From a virus (Duplodnaviria; Caudoviricetes): a stretch of DNA of 45,480 nucleotides. Position numbers and translations under genes: made by a program. Location: the IMG/VR virus record IMGVR_UViG_3300044259_000241, positions 1-45,480 of that record; one strand, 5' to 3'. A model generated the notes under the pieces. The model was not told the DNA's origin. It was given only the letters and a program-made list of their open reading frames with translations, and searched no databases. Numbering within the stretch: the stretch's first letter is position 1; every line of letters begins with the position of its first letter. Positions 35,836 through 44,260 of this stretch are shown in pieces.

Positions 35836-35911
35836 AAGCATTTCTCCCGCATCAGCGAGTAACGACAGAGGGTAAGAGGATGAAATCGGAACTGACCTTC
35901 CAAGAACATAG

Positions 35912-35933
35912 GCCGCCTAACCAGCGGCTTTTT
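35912..35933 (+). terminator. tL-like terminator
   Basis: GCCGC-CTAACCA-GCGGC-TTTTT. Confidence 0.65.
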
Positions 35934-36054
35934 CATACCTCAGTCGCTTCACCGAGGCGGCTTAGTTATGACAACCGGCGGCCATCCACCGCCCTTAAGC
36001 GAAGAAGTCTTGTATTAACCGTTCCGTTCGCCGCGATAAGGCCAAGAGGAAATC

Positions 36055-36183
36055 ATGGTAAACCAGCAGCAGATCAGAGAGGCCCAGCGGCTCGCGTCGT
36101 TCGCGGTACTCCATCGCAATGCTCCGGCGTGGGAAGAGGCAAAACGCCTTTACGCCGTCGCCATCGGGAGGACTCTTCACTGA
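36055..36183 (+). CDS. Small protein, 42 aa (MVNQQQIREAQRLA...)
   Basis: RBS GAGG; translated by hand; TGATG-coupled to the next gene. Confidence 0.7.
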   Translation: MVNQQQIREAQRLASFAVLHRNAPAWEEAKRLYAVAIGRTLH

Positions 36184-36380
36184 TGGGCACCTTATTCGCA
36201 TTGGTCCTGACCGTGGCAATGACCAACGGTGATTATCAGGATGTCATTCTCGGTGTTTACGACAGCCAGCAGGAATGCAGCCAGGCAGCTACAGAGCAGA
36301 AAGTAACAGCTGAGTGCTGGCCAGTAGAAAGCATCCTCCGCAACGGCGAGTTCCCGGCGAAATCCATCGCGCAGCAGTAA
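36183..36380 (+). CDS. DUF1482/YebW-like protein
   Basis: MGTLFALVLTV...LGVYDSQQEC...ECWPVE. Confidence 0.75.
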   Translation: MGTLFALVLTVAMTNGDYQDVILGVYDSQQECSQAATEQKVTAECWPVESILRNGEFPAKSIAQQ

Positions 36381-36450
36381 CCCCCCTATTCAACCAACCA
36401 GGCTGGCTTCACGCAGCCGGGCTTCGTACACACTATTTTCAGGAGTTCCT

Positions 36451-36846
36451 ATGCAACCTTATGAACGTTTGACAGCTGATCGTCTGGCCAGTCTGCCGGC
36501 CGGATCCCGTCTTAAGCTCGGTGGTCAAATTATCAAGCTGACTGGCAGAGGGTCGTTCACTAATGGCGCCGGACGTACTTTAAACATGATTGAGTACGTG
36601 GACTCTCGCGGCGTTCCAGGCAGCTTTGAAGAAAGCATCATCCTCGACTCAGCTACAGAACACCTCAACTCAGTAATGTGCGCTTACTGCGGTGCCCGCA
36701 GGCACGTTAAGGACTGCATTGTCCGCGCGGTTTCCACTTACATGACCACCAGCCAGTCCCACTTCTGCGAAGACAAGGGGTGTGCAGAACGCTATTTTCG
36801 CATGAACCCTGGCCGTTCGAAAATGGCAAGGAGAAACAAATGGTAA
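36451..36846 (+). CDS. Hypothetical protein with Cys motifs
   Basis: RBS AGGAG; CAYC...FCEDKGC. Confidence 0.8.
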   Translation: MQPYERLTADRLASLPAGSRLKLGGQIIKLTGRGSFTNGAGRTLNMIEYVDSRGVPGSFEESIILDSATEHLNSVMCAYCGARRHVKDCIVRAVSTYMTTSQSHFCEDKGCAERYFRMNPGRSKMARRNKW

Positions 36847-37001
36847 GCCACCAGGACGGGGTCCTGATGGTTGCGGTTATTTGCCTGCTTTATGGCCTCC
36901 AGCCAGAAGACCTTGAATCCATTGCCCGCCAGCTCGCGGAATTTGACGCAGTTAACGACCACCACACGGAGAAACAGCATGTTACGCGTAATCGATACTG
37001 A
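36840..37001 (+). CDS. Small hypothetical protein
   Basis: Start MVSHQDG with RBS AGGAG; overlaps both neighbours. Confidence 0.55.
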   Translation: MVSHQDGVLMVAVICLLYGLQPEDLESIARQLAEFDAVNDHHTEKQHVTRNRY

Positions 37002-37635
37002 GACAACCAGCCTGGAAGGCAGCGTGCTGGAGATAGCCAGCGTTGATATCGTCGATGGCGTTATCTGCAACCCCATGAGCGACTTTGTGAAGCCCACTGA
37101 GGCGATCAGTTTCGAGGCTATGGCTATCCACCACATCACCGAAGACATGGTCGCTGATGCCCCGCTGATTGGCGAGGTTATCGGTCGTTACCTTGGTGCT
37201 CAGGCTTACGTTGCTCACAATGCCAAGTTCGACAAATCGAAGCTGCCACAAATCGATGCGCCGTGGATCTGCACCGCTAAGCTGGCCCGCGCTCTTCTCC
37301 CTGATCACCCAAGTCACAGCAACCAGTACCTGCGCTACAGCCTGGGCCTCAAACCTGAGTTGCCAGAAGGGCTGTATGCGCACCGTGCGCTGTATGACTG
37401 CTACGTCACAGCCGAACTGCTTCTGTACATGGGCCGCCTGGCAAAATGGACGATGGGCGAAATGCGCGCCATTTCCAACAGCCCGTCTCTGATGAAGGCG
37501 ATCCGGTTCGGCAAGCACAAGGGTCTGACGTTCGAAGAGATTGCCAAGGTCGACCCGGGCTATCTCCGCTGGCTTTCCGGCAACAGCGATGACGAAGACA
37601 TCCTCTTCACCATCAAACACTGGCTTAAGGGGTGA
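36979..37635 (+). CDS. DEDDh 3'-5' exonuclease (ExoX-like)
   Basis: IDTETT, AHNAKFD, AHRALYD; C-terminal FGKHKG...GYLRW. Confidence 0.9.
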   Translation: MLRVIDTETTSLEGSVLEIASVDIVDGVICNPMSDFVKPTEAISFEAMAIHHITEDMVADAPLIGEVIGRYLGAQAYVAHNAKFDKSKLPQIDAPWICTAKLARALLPDHPSHSNQYLRYSLGLKPELPEGLYAHRALYDCYVTAELLLYMGRLAKWTMGEMRAISNSPSLMKAIRFGKHKGLTFEEIAKVDPGYLRWLSGNSDDEDILFTIKHWLKG

Positions 37636-37638
37636 TTT

Positions 37639-38304
37639 ATGGCGGTAATGACTCTCATCCTTGCCGACTCCGGGTATGGCAAGACTTACAGCATCCGCAA
37701 CGTTAACCCGGAAAATGCCATTCTCGCCCGCTGCATTCGTAAGGCCCTGCCTTTCCGCAATACTGGCTGGAAACTCCACGGTAAACGCCTGCCGGACAAT
37801 ACGGTGCAACGCGGTAACGTCGTGGATATCCGCAATGGCCTGCATCTTCTTGGCGTAATCCGTAACGCTGAGATGAGTGGACGAAAGATCCTGATTATTG
37901 ATGATTTTCAGGCTGTCATGCAGCACGAGAACATGGACCGGGCCTACGAGACTGGCTACACCAAGTTTACCGAAATGGCGGAGCACGCCTGGCGAATCAT
38001 CGAAGCTGCAACCCAGCTACCTGACGACTTCCGCGTTTACTTCCTCGCTCACACCGAAGAAAGCGAAGGAAAAATCAGGATGAAGACCGTCGGCAAGATG
38101 CTTAACGAAAAGCTCACGCCTGAAGGTTACTTCCCCATCGTTCTGCGCATCATCAAGCGCGACGGCAAACACCTTTTCCTGTTGAAGGGCGACGACAACG
38201 ACACCGTGAAGTGTCCTCCTGACCTGTTTGGGCCGGAAGTGACTGACATGGATAACGACCTGGCGGCGTTTGACAACGCAATTTCTGAATTCACTGACTT
38301 ATAA
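37639..38304 (+). CDS. Sak4-like ATPase/recombinase
   Basis: ADSGYGKT (Walker A), IIDD (Walker B), GYTKFTEMA, FLAH. Confidence 0.8.
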   Translation: MAVMTLILADSGYGKTYSIRNVNPENAILARCIRKALPFRNTGWKLHGKRLPDNTVQRGNVVDIRNGLHLLGVIRNAEMSGRKILIIDDFQAVMQHENMDRAYETGYTKFTEMAEHAWRIIEAATQLPDDFRVYFLAHTEESEGKIRMKTVGKMLNEKLTPEGYFPIVLRIIKRDGKHLFLLKGDDNDTVKCPPDLFGPEVTDMDNDLAAFDNAISEFTDL

Positions 38305-38315
38305 GAGAGATAACG

Positions 38316-39029
38316 ATGAACCAACCAATCAGCTTTACATGGGACCAGCAGTCGGCAGCAGCAGCATTAAAGGCAGGGTCTGCCGCAGGAATCTCAGAAA
38401 CCGGTGCTTACGAGGGGGATATCACCTCGGCTGTATATGAGTTCGGTAAAGACGGCTCACAGTCTCAGGCGCTGGTGCTTTCTCTGGACGCCGACGGCCA
38501 GAAAGCAAACTTCCTGCGTATCAATTTCCTCGGTCGCGACGGCAGCCAGACATTCGGTATGGGCCTGATTGCCGCCATTATGTGGGTTGCTCAGGTTAAA
38601 AATGCTCAGGCACAACAGCGTCAGGGGCAAAATGGCCCTGAATGGTGCCTCCCGGCGCTGGAAGGTAAGCGTGTGGGCCTGTTCCTACAGAAAATTCTCA
38701 CTACTAAAACGACTGATGGCAGTGACAGCTACAAATTCGAAGTGCGCCACGTTTTCCAGCCTGGCTCTCGCCTGACCTACAAAGAGTTCACTGAAAAAAC
38801 GCCAGCCGAAGCGATCGCCGCTCTTGAGCGCACCATGAAAGACAAAGATGACCGCAAGCCTCACGATTCATCACGCGGCGGCTGGGGTGCAACTTCGAAT
38901 AATAACGGCGGGTGGGGGAACAATCAGACCGATCCAAACTCGGTACCGGATTCCCGTCTGCAACAGGCAAATCGTCAGGTGTCGCATAACAACCAGAACC
39001 CTCCGTTCGACGACGACATTCCATTCTAG
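38316..39029 (+). CDS. Single-stranded DNA-binding protein
   Basis: Acidic tail FDDDIPF after a G/N/Q-rich linker; follows the Sak4-like gene. Confidence 0.8.
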   Translation: MNQPISFTWDQQSAAAALKAGSAAGISETGAYEGDITSAVYEFGKDGSQSQALVLSLDADGQKANFLRINFLGRDGSQTFGMGLIAAIMWVAQVKNAQAQQRQGQNGPEWCLPALEGKRVGLFLQKILTTKTTDGSDSYKFEVRHVFQPGSRLTYKEFTEKTPAEAIAALERTMKDKDDRKPHDSSRGGWGATSNNNGGWGNNQTDPNSVPDSRLQQANRQVSHNNQNPPFDDDIPF

Positions 39030-39040
39030 GACACCTCGTT

Positions 39041-39193
39041 ATGACTCACGCTCACGACGACATCAGGGTTGGCACACTGTGCCTTCCCTTCATTGGTAAC
39101 GGCTGGCTAATGCCTTGGGGTGAAGTGGTCAGCAATCCCTTAAAGGCGCAGCGGCTCGCTGAGGAATATCGGGAAAGGCAGGAGGCGGCATGA
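39041..39193 (+). CDS. DUF1317 family protein, 50 aa
   Basis: Translated by hand: MTHAHDDIRVG...NPLKAQRLAEE. Confidence 0.75.
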   Translation: MTHAHDDIRVGTLCLPFIGNGWLMPWGEVVSNPLKAQRLAEEYRERQEAA

Positions 39194-39672
39194 CAGATTC
39201 AACAATATTGGACATGTGCTGCGGTTCTCGCATGTTCTGGTTCGATAAGCAGGATGATCGCGCTGTTTTCAGTGATATCCGCGCCGAGCAGCATGAACTT
39301 TGCGACGGCCGCCAGTTAATCATAAGCCCGGACCTTATAGCTGATTTCCGTGCCCTTCCCTTTGCCGACAACACTTTCCCTGTAGTCGTGTTCGATCCGC
39401 CACACCTTGAGCGCGTCGGAGATAACGCGTGGATGGGGAAAAAGTACGGCCGGCTGAACAAAGAAACGTGGCGCGATGATCTGCGTGCCGGCTTCGCAGA
39501 AGCATTTCGGGTGTTGTGGCCACACGGCGTGCTCATCTTCAAATGGAACGAAACGCAGATCCCGGTAAGCAATATTTTGGCGCTGACTGACGAGAAGCCG
39601 GCCATATGGCAACGAACAGGAAAAGCCGACAAAACCCACTGGGTTATTTTTGTGAAAGGCGGCGCGAAATGA
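39190..39672 (+). CDS. SAM-dependent methyltransferase
   Basis: ILDMCCGSRMFW and VFDPPH. Confidence 0.85.
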   Translation: MTDSTILDMCCGSRMFWFDKQDDRAVFSDIRAEQHELCDGRQLIISPDLIADFRALPFADNTFPVVVFDPPHLERVGDNAWMGKKYGRLNKETWRDDLRAGFAEAFRVLWPHGVLIFKWNETQIPVSNILALTDEKPAIWQRTGKADKTHWVIFVKGGAK

Positions 39673-40520
39673 CAGGAAAATACTCTCTTATCTACGCTGA
39701 TCCACCTTGGTTTTACGGTAACACCATCAGTAACGGGGCCGCCGCCGACCACTACTCAACCATGAAGTTAATCGACATCAAGCGCCTGCCGGTGTGGGAG
39801 CTTGCCGCAGAAAACGCGGTGCTGGCGATGTGGTATACCGGCACGCATAACCAGGAGGCTATCGAACTGGCTGAGGCCTGGGGTTTTACCGTTCGCACGA
39901 TGAAAGGATTTACCTGGGTGAAGCTTAACCAGAACGCCGAACTGCGCATCAACAAGGCGCTAGCCGAGGGTGAAGTCAACGACTTTTACGACTTCCTCGA
40001 TCTGCTTAACGCCGAGACGCGCATGAACGGCGGCAACCACACCCGGGCCAATACCGAAGACCTGTTGATTGCCACCCGCGGCGCCGGGCTGGAACGAAAG
40101 CACGCCGGGATTAAGCAGGTGGTATACAGCCCCCTCGGCGCGCACAGCGAAAAGCCGTGGGAAGTACGCCACCGGCTGGAGTTGCTTTACGGCGATGTGC
40201 CGCGCATTGAGCTGTTCAGCCGTAGCGCAGCGCCAGGCTGGCACCACTGGGGAAACGAATGTTCCTCCAGTATAACCCTCACCCCAGGAATGGTTGGTAC
40301 ATCAGAACCGACACCGGAGGGTTATGAAACAGATTGCGTAATTTGGCCGGCAGAGGTCGAGATGGTTTTCAGTGCCGTTGAACATGACGGCGCCATTACT
40401 GAAAAAAATAAGCGCAAGCTCAAATTTCACATCAACCGCATGTGGTTAGAGAAAACACCCATTCCTCAAATAGTAGTGTCCGCGCGGTCGTTAATCGCAA
40501 CAATGGAGAGAAGCTCGTGA
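39669..40520 (+). CDS. MT-A70 family adenine methyltransferase
   Basis: IYADPPW, AWGF, FTWVK, HSEKP, RIELFSR. Confidence 0.9.
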   Translation: MTGKYSLIYADPPWFYGNTISNGAAADHYSTMKLIDIKRLPVWELAAENAVLAMWYTGTHNQEAIELAEAWGFTVRTMKGFTWVKLNQNAELRINKALAEGEVNDFYDFLDLLNAETRMNGGNHTRANTEDLLIATRGAGLERKHAGIKQVVYSPLGAHSEKPWEVRHRLELLYGDVPRIELFSRSAAPGWHHWGNECSSSITLTPGMVGTSEPTPEGYETDCVIWPAEVEMVFSAVEHDGAITEKNKRKLKFHINRMWLEKTPIPQIVVSARSLIATMERSS

Positions 40521-42391
40521 AAGAAATCATCGTTGACAATTTTGCCGGTGGAGGCGGGGCAAGTACGGGTATTGAATTGGCGATTGGCCGCAGCGTGGAC
40601 ATTGCGATTAACCACGACCTGAATGCCGTTGCTATGCACACTACTAATCACCCGGACACTCTGCACTACTGCGAAAGTGTGTTTGATGTTGACCCAGCAA
40701 CAGCGACCGCAAGTAAACCGGTTGGCCTAGCCTGGTTCAGCCCTGACTGCCGACACTTCTCAAAAGCGAAAGGCTCAAAACCGGTTGAGAAAGAGATTCG
40801 CGGATTGGCATGGATCGTCATTCGTTGGGCTCTGTCCGTTCGTCCGCGGGTGATGATGCTGGAGAACGTGGAGGAGTTCAAAACCTGGGGACCGCTGCTG
40901 GCCGAGGAAATGCGCCCTGACCCGGCTCGCGCCGGCGAAACATTCGAAGCTTTCTGCGGAATGCTCTCCTGTGGCATTCCGGCATATCATCCGGCGCTGG
41001 CCGAGTGCTGCGAGTTCTTGGACATTCTGCCGGATAGCCAGCAAGCTCAGCAGTTGATTAATGGTCTGGGCTACAACGTCGATTACCGTGAGATGCGGGC
41101 GTGTGACTATGGCGCGCCGACCATTCGTAAGCGATTCTTCATGATCATGCGCTGCGATGGCGTGCCAGTGAGGTGGCCGGCGGCTACGCACGGAGACCCG
41201 AAGTCGCCAGCGGTACAGGCGGGAAGCCTGTCGCCGTGGCGCACAGCTGCGGAGTGTATCGACTGGTCAATTAGCGCCCCGTCAATCTTTGGTCGGAAGA
41301 AAAAGTTAGCTGAGAACACCCTAAAGCGCATCGCCAGAGGCATCCAACGCTTCGTTCTGGACAATCCGACGCCTTTCATCGTGAAGTGCAACCACACCAC
41401 CACGAAGGGCAAATATGACTGTTTCCGTGGACAATCGCTGGCTGATCCGCTTCAGACCATCACCAAAACTCACGGATACGCGCTCGCCGTTCCGCACCTA
41501 ACAAAGTTCCGAACCGGCGCTACCGGGCAGGAGGTTACCGAACCGTTACCGACGATCACCGCCGGCACGTCGAAACGACCTGGCGGCAATGGGCATGCAT
41601 TGGGTATGGTCGAAGCTGCACTTACACCGTTTATTGCCAGACAGTTCGGCGCCAGCGTCGGTCATACGGTTGACGAGCCGAGCGCTACGGTAACCGCTGG
41701 GGGCGGAGGAAAATCGCAGCTGGTGACGCCGACGCTGATCCAGATGGGATATGGCGAACGCCCAGGCCAGGCGCCGCGGGTTCTGCAACTGGAAAAACCG
41801 CTGGGGACGATTACCGCCGGAGGCGGAAAGTTCGCAATGGTCGCGGCGAATATGGTGAAACACTTCGGCGGGAATTACACCGGGGCTGGCGTTGCGCTGG
41901 ACGAGCCCATTCACACCGTGACCACTACCGATCACCATGCTCTGGTCACCTCCAGCATTATCAAAATGCGCGGTACCAATACCGGCCAGCCGACTGACAC
42001 TCCACTACAAACCGTGACCGCTGGCGGTCAGCATTTTGGTGAAGTTAAAACCACGCTGGCAAATGAGGGATACGACGAACACCGCGCACAGCTTACGGCT
42101 GATTTCCTACGGGAATATTGTGGGGAGGATTGCACCGGCCTTGTTACTGTCGATGGCATCACTTACCGCATCGTAGATATCGGCATGCGAATGCTTCAGC
42201 CCCATGAGTTATATCGGGCGCAGGGTTTCCCTGAGTGGTACATCATCGATAGGGATTACCGCGGCGTGAAGTATGCGAAGGATAAGCAGGTGGCACGCTG
42301 CGGTAATGCTGTTCCGCCTCCGTTCGCTGAAGCTCTGGTAAGGGCAAATTTGCCAGAAATGTGCGTAACAAGAGGATCGGAGGCAGCATGA
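40517..42391 (+). CDS. C5 cytosine DNA methyltransferase
   Basis: DNFAGGGG, SPDC, ENVEEF, PTIRKR, CGNAV; GTGA-coupled start. Confidence 0.92.
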   Translation: MKEIIVDNFAGGGGASTGIELAIGRSVDIAINHDLNAVAMHTTNHPDTLHYCESVFDVDPATATASKPVGLAWFSPDCRHFSKAKGSKPVEKEIRGLAWIVIRWALSVRPRVMMLENVEEFKTWGPLLAEEMRPDPARAGETFEAFCGMLSCGIPAYHPALAECCEFLDILPDSQQAQQLINGLGYNVDYREMRACDYGAPTIRKRFFMIMRCDGVPVRWPAATHGDPKSPAVQAGSLSPWRTAAECIDWSISAPSIFGRKKKLAENTLKRIARGIQRFVLDNPTPFIVKCNHTTTKGKYDCFRGQSLADPLQTITKTHGYALAVPHLTKFRTGATGQEVTEPLPTITAGTSKRPGGNGHALGMVEAALTPFIARQFGASVGHTVDEPSATVTAGGGGKSQLVTPTLIQMGYGERPGQAPRVLQLEKPLGTITAGGGKFAMVAANMVKHFGGNYTGAGVALDEPIHTVTTTDHHALVTSSIIKMRGTNTGQPTDTPLQTVTAGGQHFGEVKTTLANEGYDEHRAQLTADFLREYCGEDCTGLVTVDGITYRIVDIGMRMLQPHELYRAQGFPEWYIIDRDYRGVKYAKDKQVARCGNAVPPPFAEALVRANLPEMCVTRGSEAA

Positions 42392-42406
42392 AATCGTTAA
42401 TCACCA

Positions 42407-42428
42407 GGTCGCTCGGGCGGCCTTTTTT
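42407..42428 (+). terminator. Intrinsic terminator
   Basis: AGGTCGC-TCGG-GCGGCCT-TTTTT. Confidence 0.65.
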
Positions 42429-42482
42429 ATTGCTGGCATTCATCTACAACCGAATTAACCGACAGTTCCGGGAGCATTGACC

Positions 42483-42701
42483 ATGGCCGATTTAATCGAC
42501 ACCGCTTCAGAGATTGAAGAGCTTCAGCGTAACGCTGCCCTTTCCGCTCACCGGCTCAACCGCAATGCCGTATCAGCTGAGCATTGTGCGGAATGCGGGG
42601 AAGACATCCCAGCGCCGAGGCGCGCTGCCGTTCCCGGCTGCCAGACGTGTTCCAGTTGCCAGGAAGAGATCGAACTGAGGAATAAGCAGCGAGGTGCGTA
42701 A
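42483..42701 (+). CDS. TraR/DksA C4 zinc-finger protein
   Basis: ADLIDTASE; CAECGEDIPAPRRAAVPGCQTCSSC. Confidence 0.9.
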   Translation: MADLIDTASEIEELQRNAALSAHRLNRNAVSAEHCAECGEDIPAPRRAAVPGCQTCSSCQEEIELRNKQRGA

Positions 42702-42940
42702 TGTTTGCACTCATTCAAAGGGGTCAGATTTACGCTGACCAGCACGGTTGGCCCGTCATCATCCACAGCTGCACTTCTGAAATAGTCCGCTACTGGCGAC
42801 AAGGCCGGATCAACACCGCTTCAATCCACCGATTCAACAATGACTTTGAGCACCTCGATCACCGTGAGGCGGCACAGATACGCGCCGAACTGGAGACGAG
42901 TGAGCACATTAAATCGCTGCGCGCCCAGCGTGCGGCATGA
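42701..42940 (+). CDS. Hypothetical protein (DUF4222-like)
   Basis: TAATG-coupled; GQIYADQHGWPV. Confidence 0.7.
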   Translation: MFALIQRGQIYADQHGWPVIIHSCTSEIVRYWRQGRINTASIHRFNNDFEHLDHREAAQIRAELETSEHIKSLRAQRAA

Positions 42941-42949
42941 GGAAATATT

Positions 42950-43480
42950 ATGGGATTAGATATCACTGCGTACAGCAACATTAAGCGCCTGGATGCACAT
43001 CTGAAAGATGATGGAGAGGCTGTCTATAACAACACAGGAGAAGAGGTAAAAGAACACTATTTCCACGTATGGAAGAACCCGAGTTTCCCGGGACGCGCAG
43101 ATGAGTTGGCCGATGGGGGTGTTTACGCATATGAAGACTGCATAGGTCACGGCGTAGGTTATGGCGGCTATTACTGGTGGCGTAACGAGCTCGCAGAAAT
43201 GGCAGGCTATCCGGTTGGTGAATATGAGATGGGCCACGGGAAAGAAGCTAACCATTTCGGCGGCGCTCTAAATTCCGACGGCGGCCCATTCTACGAGCTG
43301 ATCAACTTCAGCGATTGCGAAGGTGTTATTGGAACAGCTGTAGCGACGAAATTACTGGCTGATTTTAAAGCCTTCCATGACAAGGCTAAAGATATCGGCA
43401 GCCTCTTCTTCGAGCAATACAAGCACTGGCATTCAGCCATGGAAATGGCCTCAAACAATGGCTGCATTAGCTTCCACTGA
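42950..43480 (+). CDS. Hypothetical phage protein (MGLDI...)
   Basis: RBS GAGG; 176 aa; LINFSDCEG. Confidence 0.8.
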   Translation: MGLDITAYSNIKRLDAHLKDDGEAVYNNTGEEVKEHYFHVWKNPSFPGRADELADGGVYAYEDCIGHGVGYGGYYWWRNELAEMAGYPVGEYEMGHGKEANHFGGALNSDGGPFYELINFSDCEGVIGTAVATKLLADFKAFHDKAKDIGSLFFEQYKHWHSAMEMASNNGCISFH

Positions 43481-43544
43481 CGCAACTGATAGCCAGTTAT
43501 GAGCTGGCTATTGGGTGCGAAAGCACTGCTCCGTTATCCCTTTT

Positions 43545-43571
43545 GCCCGGCCCCGCGCCGGGCTTCTTTTT
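43545..43571 (+). terminator. Intrinsic terminator
   Basis: GCCCGGC-CCCGC-GCCGGGC-TTCTTTTT. Confidence 0.75.
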
Positions 43572-43583
43572 ACAGGTGACAAG

Positions 43584-43829
43584 ATGAAAAAAGGTTTACT
43601 GCTACTGGCTGTTCTGGCGCTTTCGGCGTGCACCGATCCGGATAACGCGACCAGGGTACTAACTGATAATGGATTCACGAATATCAAAATTGGCGGGTAC
43701 TCATGGACGGGCTGCGGTCGTGAGGATAATTACGCCACCGAATTCTCAGCGACCGCACCAACAGGAAAGCAGGTAAATGGTGTTGTCTGTGCAGGAATCT
43801 GGAAAGGGTCGACCATTCGTTTCGAATAA
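43584..43829 (+). CDS. Lipoprotein
   Basis: MKKGLLLLAVLALSAC with lipobox LSAC. Confidence 0.8.
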   Translation: MKKGLLLLAVLALSACTDPDNATRVLTDNGFTNIKIGGYSWTGCGREDNYATEFSATAPTGKQVNGVVCAGIWKGSTIRFE

Positions 43830-43850
43830 GGCTTTTCGAAGAGGTTCACC

Positions 43851-43967
43851 ATGCAATCAAATCCCATGAACTGGCTCATCGCGGCTCTTATAGCGCTGGG
43901 CGCTCTCATCTCATTTCTTCACGAACCGGAAGGTGTGCAATGGCTGCTTTTAATGTGGGCGCATTGA
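43851..43967 (+). CDS. Small membrane peptide, 38 aa
   Basis: RBS GAGG; translated by hand MQSNPMNWLIAALIALGALISFL... Confidence 0.55.
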   Translation: MQSNPMNWLIAALIALGALISFLHEPEGVQWLLLMWAH

Positions 43968-44044
43968 TTAACCTTCCTGATTTCGAATAATCAACACGAC
44001 GCAACAGACGTGGGTATACTCACGCCAGTTGCCAGGAGTCATCT

Positions 44045-44260
44045 ATGGCACAGGTCATTTTCAATGAAGAGTGGGTAGTTGAGGCCAGACTCACCGAAAG
44101 AACCGGTCTATCCAGTGGCCAAATTAAAAGCTACAGGCTCAAATCCTGGATTAACGGCATTCACTTTAAATATGTTACAGCCGATGGCAGAACAGAGTCT
44201 GAGAAAGGCCTTGCCTGGTACAACTACCCCAAAATAAACCATTTCATTAAGGATGCGTAA
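44045..44260 (+). CDS. xis: Excisionase
   Basis: EEWVVEARLTERTGLS...WINGIHFK...WYN; coupled to int. Confidence 0.85.
   Translation: MAQVIFNEEWVVEARLTERTGLSSGQIKSYRLKSWINGIHFKYVTADGRTESEKGLAWYNYPKINHFIKDA

Noticed and set aside
35080-35936. Minus-strand ORFs of 87-129 aa in the pL leader
   Set aside because: Antisense to pL, no RBS or recognisable motifs, and they overlap operators and RNA stems
35880-36182. N-terminal part of the 166-aa ORF
   Set aside because: Crosses a terminator and overlaps the 36055-36183 gene; the downstream gene more plausibly starts at 36183
36982-37986. 334-aa antisense ORF
   Set aside because: Shadow of the exonuclease and Sak4-like genes
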